From: Bacillota bacterium
GTDB lineage: Bacteria; Bacillota; Clostridia; Christensenellales; CAG-138
Reading direction: 5' to 3'
NCBI GenBank assembly: GCA_016286445.1
Contig: JAEESS010000003.1
Coordinates: 23,990 to 87,989, forward strand
DNA length: 64,000 bases
A program made the translations under genes and the position numbers. The notes under the pieces were generated by a model. That model worked only from the letters and a program-made list of their open reading frames with translations. It did no database searches and was not told the DNA's origin. Of the stretch, positions 58,087 through 64,000 are shown piece after piece; position 1 is the stretch's first letter; each line of letters opens with the position of its first letter.

Positions 58087-59421
58087 ATGCTGAAGCTGCC
58101 GATCGCGCTCAAAGCCTTTGCCGAAGCCCTCGAACGGGAAGGGGTAAAGCTCTATGCGGTCGGCGGCTGCGTGCGCGACGCACAGCTTTTACGGGCGGTG
58201 CACGACGTGGACCTTGCAAGCAGGGCAAGACCGGACGAGCTGCTCGAACGTGCAAAGGCGTTCGGGATCGAGGCGAAGATCGTGCAGCAGACGCTCGGCA
58301 CGGTGCTTCTTACGATCGACGGCGTCGATTACGAGCACACGACCTTCCGCACCGAATCCTACGGCGCGGGCGGCGCGCACAAGCCCGACGCGGTCCGCTT
58401 TGCCGATTTGCCGGAGCAGGACGCGTTTCGCAGAGATTTTTCGGTCAACGCGCTGTATGAACGCGTTGCGGACGGTTCGATCCTTGATCCGACCGGCGGG
58501 CAAAAGGATCTTGAAAACCGTGTGCTGCGTACGACGACAAAGAATCCCGCCGTGATCCTTCGCGACGACGGACTGCGCATCCTTCGGCTTGTGCGGTTTG
58601 CGGCGTCGCTGGATTTTACGGTCGATCCCGGGACATGGGAAGCGGCAAAGGCGAACGCCGCGCTGCTCAAAGGCGTCGCGTGGGAGCGCAAACGGCAGGA
58701 GCTGGACCGGATTCTTTTGGGACCGCGCGTATGCGACGCGCTCACGATGCTGCGGGACGTCGGCGCGCTGCCGTATCTTTTGCCGGAGCTGACCGCGTGC
58801 GACGGCATGGCACAGCGAACGGACTATCATCGATACGACGTTCTCACGCACCTGTTCCATACCTGCGAGAACACGCCGGAGGAGCTCGGCATTCGGCTTA
58901 TCGGGCTTTTGCACGACGTCGGAAAGCCGGAAGCGCTGAAGCGCGACGGCAGGCTTTATGCGCACGACGTTTACGGAGCCGAGACCGCGCGGACGATGCT
59001 CGTCCGTCTCCGGTATCCGAATGCACTGATCGACCGGGTCTGCGGCGCGATCCGCATCCATATGTTCGATCTGACGGATTCCGCGTCGGAAGCGACGCTT
59101 CGGAAGCGGTTTGCGGCGTTCGGCAGGGAGCGGACGGAGGATCTGATCATGATCCGCGAAGCGGACGTTCGCGGAAGCGGCGTCCGAACGGACTTCACCG
59201 CAGAACGGTGGCGGGAGATCTATCGGAAGATGAGGGAAGAGCGCGCGCCGTTTTCGGAACGCGAGCTTGCGGTTTCCGGCGCCGATATCATGCGGGAGCT
59301 CGGACTGCCCGCGGGCGAACGCGTCGGGAAGATCAAGCATGCGCTGTTGCTTCGTTGCGCGGTGCATCCGGAGGAAAACGAACGAAAGACCCTGCTGAAA
59401 CGCATGCACGACTATCGATAG
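58087..59421 (+). CDS. cca: CCA-adding enzyme / poly(A) polymerase-family tRNA nucleotidyltransferase with an HD domain
   Basis: The ATG at 58087 comes right after the gyrA stop. The head-domain motifs GGCVRD and DxD (DVDL) are present, plus the HD motif LLHDVGK. Confidence 0.8.
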   Translation: MLKLPIALKAFAEALEREGVKLYAVGGCVRDAQLLRAVHDVDLASRARPDELLERAKAFGIEAKIVQQTLGTVLLTIDGVDYEHTTFRTESYGAGGAHKPDAVRFADLPEQDAFRRDFSVNALYERVADGSILDPTGGQKDLENRVLRTTTKNPAVILRDDGLRILRLVRFAASLDFTVDPGTWEAAKANAALLKGVAWERKRQELDRILLGPRVCDALTMLRDVGALPYLLPELTACDGMAQRTDYHRYDVLTHLFHTCENTPEELGIRLIGLLHDVGKPEALKRDGRLYAHDVYGAETARTMLVRLRYPNALIDRVCGAIRIHMFDLTDSASEATLRKRFAAFGRERTEDLIMIREADVRGSGVRTDFTAERWREIYRKMREERAPFSERELAVSGADIMRELGLPAGERVGKIKHALLLRCAVHPEENERKTLLKRMHDYR

Positions 59422-59464
59422 GCAACATTTCTGTGTGGTTTTTGTGAATAATTCCCGTTCTGTC

Positions 59465-59492
59465 TTGCAGACGGTGAAAAATATGGTATGAT
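59465..59492 (+). promoter_or_regulatory. Candidate promoter of the CotH cluster
   Basis: TTGCAG (59465-59470), a 16-nt spacer, and an extended -10 TGgTATGAT (59484-59492). Confidence 0.45.
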
Positions 59493-59531
59493 ACAATCGT
59501 TGCAGAATGGAAACCAATACGAGGAACGGAT

Positions 59532-62500
59532 ATGAATAACAGACAAAAGCAAAAACGCGCGATCCTGGCGGTCGCTCTGGCAGTCCTGCTTGCGGTCATC
59601 GTTGCGATCTCCGCAATGATCGGCTGCGGGGCGAACAAGTGCGCAGGCAGTGCTTCGCCCAGTGCGCAGAGCAATTCCGACGTGATTGTCAGCGAGATCC
59701 TGGTGAGCAACAAACAGACCGTGCGCGACCCGCTCGGCACCTACAGCGACTACGTCGAACTGTACAACCGCAGCGATTCGGACATCGATCTGTTCGGCTA
59801 CGGTCTGACGGACGACGAGATCTCGATCTGGATGTTCCCGAGCGAAACGATCATTCATGCACATGACTATCTGGTCGTCTGGTGCATGAAGGACGATCCG
59901 ACGAACGGCAACGGATTTCTCCGGATCAAGGGCAGCGACGGTACGGAGAGCAAGGTCATCGTCGCGGACTTCGGTCTTTCAAAGAATGACGTCCTGCGCT
60001 TTGTCGATCCGTCCGGCACGGCGATCCTGACAGTTGACCTTTCCGGCTTCTATTCGGGGCAGAAGGGCAACGCCAACGCGTACGTCACCGGAGACGGCAC
60101 ACAGGGCGAAACGGTCGCCGTCGGCGGCAATTCGCTCGCATTCGGCGAAGACGGCTCCTGGACGATCATGAAGCCGACGCCCGGTTATCCGAACACGGAA
60201 GCGGGCTGGAACGCGTTCAACGCTTCGCGCCAGGCGGATTCCGAGACAGGCGTCGCGGAAATGACCGACTGTCCGGTCCGTGTGACCGAGCTCATGGCGT
60301 CGAACGGCACCGCGCATAAGGCGCCGGACGGCACCTACTGTGACTGGATCGAGCTCTACAACTCCGGCAGCACGGCGTTCGACCTTTCGGGCTTCAGTTT
60401 GAGTGACGACCCCACAAAACCGAAAAAGTACACGTTCCCGCAGGGGACCGTGCTGGAAGCGTATACCTACCTCGTGCTGTATCATACCGAGAAGCCGATG
60501 TCGGGTGTATACAGCTTTGACTTCGGTCTGTCCTCGCAGGGCGGCGAGACCCTTGTGTTCACCACGAACAAGGATCTGATCGTCGACTATATCGACTTCG
60601 GACCGCAGCAGAAAAACTGCTCCTTTGCGCGCATCTACACAAACGGCGCGTTTGATCCGAATGCGATATTTGAAAGCTCGGACAAGCCGACGCCCGGCTA
60701 CGATAACACGATCAACGGACGTTCCCTGTTTGAAGAAAAGGAAAACGGTCCGATGGGCGTGCATGATATTTCTTTGAACGAGATCCTGATCGACGGGTAC
60801 CATGTGACCTATGCGCATTCAAACAGCACGGGCAGCGACCGACCCTACGACGCCGATCTCGGCAGCTGGATCGAGCTGTACAACCGGTCCGATTCACAGA
60901 TAGACTTATCGGGGTTTTCGATCACGGACAACGAACGAAAACCGAGGAAATGGGTTTTTCCTGACGGAACGAGTATCGCCGGAAAAGGATATCTCGTCCT
61001 GCAGATGGAAGGAAGTCTGCCGCGGGAAGGTCAGTCCGAAAAGGACGTGACCGCGGATCAAAGAAAGTACCTTCTGAACTTTGACCTTTCGGCGACGGGG
61101 GAGACGCTGCTTCTGTACGATGCGGCGGGCATGCTGATCGACCGCGTGCTTGTTCCGGAATCGCATTCCTGCGTGTCCTACGGACGCGACGCAAGCGGCG
61201 CGTGGAAGCTGTTTGATAAGCCGACCGAGGGCACGGCAAACGATGCGAACGGACGCGGCATCTACTGCGAAGCGGCGACCGCCGATACGCACAGCGGCAT
61301 CTATCGCGGAATCCAGACGGTAAACATCAGCGTTCCGGAGGGCTGCTACGCGACGTACACGCTTTCCTGCGGAAAGGAAAACGATCCGGTCAAAACGACC
61401 GCGCCGACCGAATCCGACACGCGCGTGTCGGGCCCGATTGCCGTCAAGGAGAATACGGTTCTGCGCATCCGCACCTTTGCGTCGGACGGCAGCCGTTATC
61501 CGAGCGACATTCAATCCTATACCTACGTCATCATCAACGGCGAAGAGACCGTCGAAGCGCATGAGACCAATCTGCCGGTCGTATTCTTGGTCACCGAGCC
61601 TGAAAACCTTTGGGACAAGCAGTACGGCATGTACGTCAAGGGCAACGACTACACCGGCAAGGGCAGCGCCGACGAGATCATGATCGGTCAGTCCGACAAG
61701 AAGGAAACGATGGGCAAGTATGCCAACTTCAATATGAAGGGACGCATGTGGGAAAAGCCCGCGACGATGACGTATACGACGGCAGGCGGCGGGGAAGTGC
61801 TGTATGAGACGAACCTGTATATCCGCATGTTCGGCGCGTTTTCGAGAAAGCTCGGACAGAAGGGCATTGCGCTGATCGCCAGAAAAGGACTCGGCAGCAG
61901 CAGCCGCATTGAGTATCCGATGTTTGAGAATCGCCCGTTCGATTCCTATAAGTCCCTCGTGCTGCGCGCGTCGGGACAGGACGCTGCGCTTTCGCGCATC
62001 CGGGACATCATGGTACAGAGCCTTTTGGACGACGCGGACGTCGATATCGCAAATCAGGCGTTTCATCAGTGCATCGTCTACATCAACGGACAGTACTGGG
62101 GCGTCTACAATCTGCGTGAAAAGATCAGCAAGTTCTATATCGCGCAGCATTACGGTGTGCAGGACGTCGATTCGCTCGACATCCTCAAGTGGAACGGCAA
62201 CAACGAACAGTGCGTCGTCTGCGGCGACGGTCTGCAGGACTACAAGGATATGATCGCGTACTGTGAGAATCACAACTGCGATCTTTCAAATCCGTCGGAT
62301 TACGAATACGTCTGCCGGCAGGTCGACGCCGATCAGTTCGCCATGTACTGCGCGTTCGAGATCATCATCGGCAACACCGACACCGGCAACATCAAGTGGT
62401 GGCGCTCGTCCGAGAAGGACAACAAGTGGCGCTGGATCCAGTACGACTACTGTTGGGCGATGAACGGCGACAATCCGAACCAGGCGGCAGAAAACTCCAC

Positions 62501-62927
62501 CGGCTACCGGCGCGATTACTTCTGGAAGTATTTCGATCCGAAGGGACACGGCTCCGGGAAATCCTTCTCGACGGTGCTCGGACGTTCGATGATGTCGAAC
62601 AACGATTTTGTGAAGATCTTCCTGAAATACTGCGCGTATTTCTATAACGAAGTCTTTACGCCGGAGAAGATTCTGAAAAAAGTGGACGTGCTGCAGGAAA
62701 ACATCCGCAAGGAAATGGAAACCTACGACCTCGTTCGCTGGAGACCGTACCACGATCTGTCGACCAAGGGCTGGAACAGCCATTGCGACAAGATCCGGCA
62801 GTACGCAAGGAACTATCAGGACTGGTACCTGTACTATTGCCAGCATTATATCAACGAACACACGCATTATCATCTCAGCGACGATGAGATGATCAGCCTG
62901 TTCGGAAAGGTGGGCAAGATCTCGTGA
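59532..62927 (+). CDS. Large exported CotH-kinase-family protein with three lamin-tail (LTD) domains
   Basis: It has an N-terminal TM or signal segment. Three units of the type SEILVSN..SDYVELYN..DLSGF.L(S/T)DD are present. The C-terminal CotH region carries LVLRASGQD, INGQYWGVYNLREK and IIGNTDTGNIKWW. Confidence 0.8.
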   Translation: MNNRQKQKRAILAVALAVLLAVIVAISAMIGCGANKCAGSASPSAQSNSDVIVSEILVSNKQTVRDPLGTYSDYVELYNRSDSDIDLFGYGLTDDEISIWMFPSETIIHAHDYLVVWCMKDDPTNGNGFLRIKGSDGTESKVIVADFGLSKNDVLRFVDPSGTAILTVDLSGFYSGQKGNANAYVTGDGTQGETVAVGGNSLAFGEDGSWTIMKPTPGYPNTEAGWNAFNASRQADSETGVAEMTDCPVRVTELMASNGTAHKAPDGTYCDWIELYNSGSTAFDLSGFSLSDDPTKPKKYTFPQGTVLEAYTYLVLYHTEKPMSGVYSFDFGLSSQGGETLVFTTNKDLIVDYIDFGPQQKNCSFARIYTNGAFDPNAIFESSDKPTPGYDNTINGRSLFEEKENGPMGVHDISLNEILIDGYHVTYAHSNSTGSDRPYDADLGSWIELYNRSDSQIDLSGFSITDNERKPRKWVFPDGTSIAGKGYLVLQMEGSLPREGQSEKDVTADQRKYLLNFDLSATGETLLLYDAAGMLIDRVLVPESHSCVSYGRDASGAWKLFDKPTEGTANDANGRGIYCEAATADTHSGIYRGIQTVNISVPEGCYATYTLSCGKENDPVKTTAPTESDTRVSGPIAVKENTVLRIRTFASDGSRYPSDIQSYTYVIINGEETVEAHETNLPVVFLVTEPENLWDKQYGMYVKGNDYTGKGSADEIMIGQSDKKETMGKYANFNMKGRMWEKPATMTYTTAGGGEVLYETNLYIRMFGAFSRKLGQKGIALIARKGLGSSSRIEYPMFENRPFDSYKSLVLRASGQDAALSRIRDIMVQSLLDDADVDIANQAFHQCIVYINGQYWGVYNLREKISKFYIAQHYGVQDVDSLDILKWNGNNEQCVVCGDGLQDYKDMIAYCENHNCDLSNPSDYEYVCRQVDADQFAMYCAFEIIIGNTDTGNIKWWRSSEKDNKWRWIQYDYCWAMNGDNPNQAAENSTGYRRDYFWKYFDPKGHGSGKSFSTVLGRSMMSNNDFVKIFLKYCAYFYNEVFTPEKILKKVDVLQENIRKEMETYDLVRWRPYHDLSTKGWNSHCDKIRQYARNYQDWYLYYCQHYINEHTHYHLSDDEMISLFGKVGKIS

Positions 62928-63637
62928 ATCTGAAGCTGAAGCCGAATGCCAAGGGCTATCGGCACGAACTTAAGTATGTGATTTCCGACGCCGACGCGGA
63001 GCTCCTGGCGATCCGGCTGAGCGCTGCGATGAAGCCGGATCCGTACGCGCAAAAGACCGGCGGCGGGTATCACATCCGCAGCCTGTACTTTGACGATGCG
63101 TACGACGCTGCGGTCAGCGAGAAGGTCGCGGGCGTCCAGTACCGCGACAAGTGGCGCATCCGCATCTATAACTTCTCCGACCGCGTCATCAAGCTGGAGC
63201 GCAAGCACAAAAACGGACAGTTCATCAAAAAGGACAGCCTGTCGCTGACGCGCAACCAGGCGGAAGCGCTGATCGCGGGGGAGTACACCTTTCTGATGTA
63301 TCAGCAGAATCCGTTTGCGAAGGAGGCGTACGCCGCGCTTCGCACGGAGGGGCTGAAGCCAAAGGTGCTCGTCGACTATTACCGGCAGCCGTTCGTGTTC
63401 CCGCTCGAGGACGTACGCATCACGCTCGACCGGAACATCCGCACCGGCTATCTTTGCACCGATCTTTTCGATCCGCATGCGATCACCTATCCCGCTACGG
63501 AGTTGATCGGACAGTGCGTGCTCGAGGTCAAGTTCAACAACTACCTCGATCCGTATGTGGCGGAGCTCATTCAGCTCCCGGCGTCGCTGAAAACGGCGGC
63601 AAGTAAGTACCTCTTTTGCAGACAATACGACTGCTGA
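62924..63637 (+). CDS. VTC-domain (polyphosphate polymerase-like) protein
   Basis: Its start overlaps the cotH stop. The motifs RHELKYVIS.., YHIRSLYFDD and KLERKHK resemble bacterial VTC-domain proteins. Confidence 0.65.
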   Translation: MNLKLKPNAKGYRHELKYVISDADAELLAIRLSAAMKPDPYAQKTGGGYHIRSLYFDDAYDAAVSEKVAGVQYRDKWRIRIYNFSDRVIKLERKHKNGQFIKKDSLSLTRNQAEALIAGEYTFLMYQQNPFAKEAYAALRTEGLKPKVLVDYYRQPFVFPLEDVRITLDRNIRTGYLCTDLFDPHAITYPATELIGQCVLEVKFNNYLDPYVAELIQLPASLKTAASKYLFCRQYDC

Positions 63638-63670
63638 TATTATAAGAAAGAAAAACATTTGGAGGATAGT

Positions 63671-64000
63671 ATGGATTTATCAACTTCACTGCGGGAAATC
63701 TTCAATTTCTCAACCAACCAGGTCCTGCCGCTGCTCGTGACCGTGATTCTGGCGTTCGTGATCGGTCTGTTCGTGTACCTGATCTACCGGCTCACGTTCT
63801 CCGGCGTCATCTATTCCAAGACGTTTAACATGAGCCTCGTCATGCTGACGATGGTCACCACGATGGTCATCCTGATCATGTCGAACAACGTCAAGCTGTC
63901 CCTCGGCATGGTCGGCGCGCTGTCTATCGTGCGTTTCCGTACCGCGATCAAGGATCCAATCGACACCGTGTTCATGTTCTGGGCGATCGCAGAGGGTATC
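63671..64000 (+). CDS. DUF4956-domain membrane protein, 3' end cut by the window edge
   Basis: This ORF is absent from the track because it has no stop codon within the window. GGAGG at 63661-63665 precedes the ATG at 63671. My own translation contains LSLGMVGALSIVRFRTAIKDPIDTVFMFWAIAEGI, which I recognise as the DUF4956 hallmark. Confidence 0.7.
   Translation, partial: MDLSTSLREIFNFSTNQVLPLLVTVILAFVIGLFVYLIYRLTFSGVIYSKTFNMSLVMLTMVTTMVILIMSNNVKLSLGMVGALSIVRFRTAIKDPIDTVFMFWAIAEGI

Overview
The window looks like high-GC Gram-positive chromosome, probably a Clostridia or Oscillospiraceae-like gut anaerobe. That call is inferred from AGGAGG ribosome-binding sites, SpoIID, a dockerin module, cdaA-cdaR and mreCD-PBP2. 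I call about 50 protein genes and recognise no rRNA, tRNA, CRISPR array, integrase or transposase.

Gene order:
- serC-serA.
- Two Pro/Thr-linker lipoproteins and a threonine-synthase-like gene.
- An ssnA-ygfK-xdhD cluster (selenium-dependent molybdenum hydroxylase type).
- A low-GC LRR/Fn3 surface protein and an exported PIG-L-like protein.
- A NitT/TauT-type ABC pair.
- mreC-mreD-PBP2 and an NlpC/P60 hydrolase.
- glgP.
- MoxR-DUF58-transglutaminase and a phosphodiester glycosidase.
- trxB-nth-obg-yhbY and an ABC exporter pair.
- cdaA-cdaR and a FAD protein.
- A SpoIID-SH3-dockerin protein.
- typA, a GNAT, an EamA transporter and an E2-like acyltransferase.
- A roughly 2 kb AT-rich single-gene island.
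- recF-remB-gyrB-gyrA-cca.
- A CotH-VTC-DUF4956 cluster that runs off the 3' edge.

The best candidate for something undescribed is the AT-rich island at about 49.9-51.9 kb. It holds one 550-aa, apparently all-helical protein with no motif I can recognise. It has its own near-consensus promoter and its own terminator, and it sits directly upstream of recF where dnaA-dnaN would normally be.

Other items worth a second look:
- The domain-level GC mosaic in the LRR gene.
- AT-rich repeat and palindrome elements around the ssnA cluster.
- A 296-nt hairpin-rich remB-gyrB spacer.
- Several conserved clusters of unknown function.

All product calls rest on motif recognition from memory, because no database search was possible. 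The many long antisense ORFs in the supplied track are high-GC artefacts.
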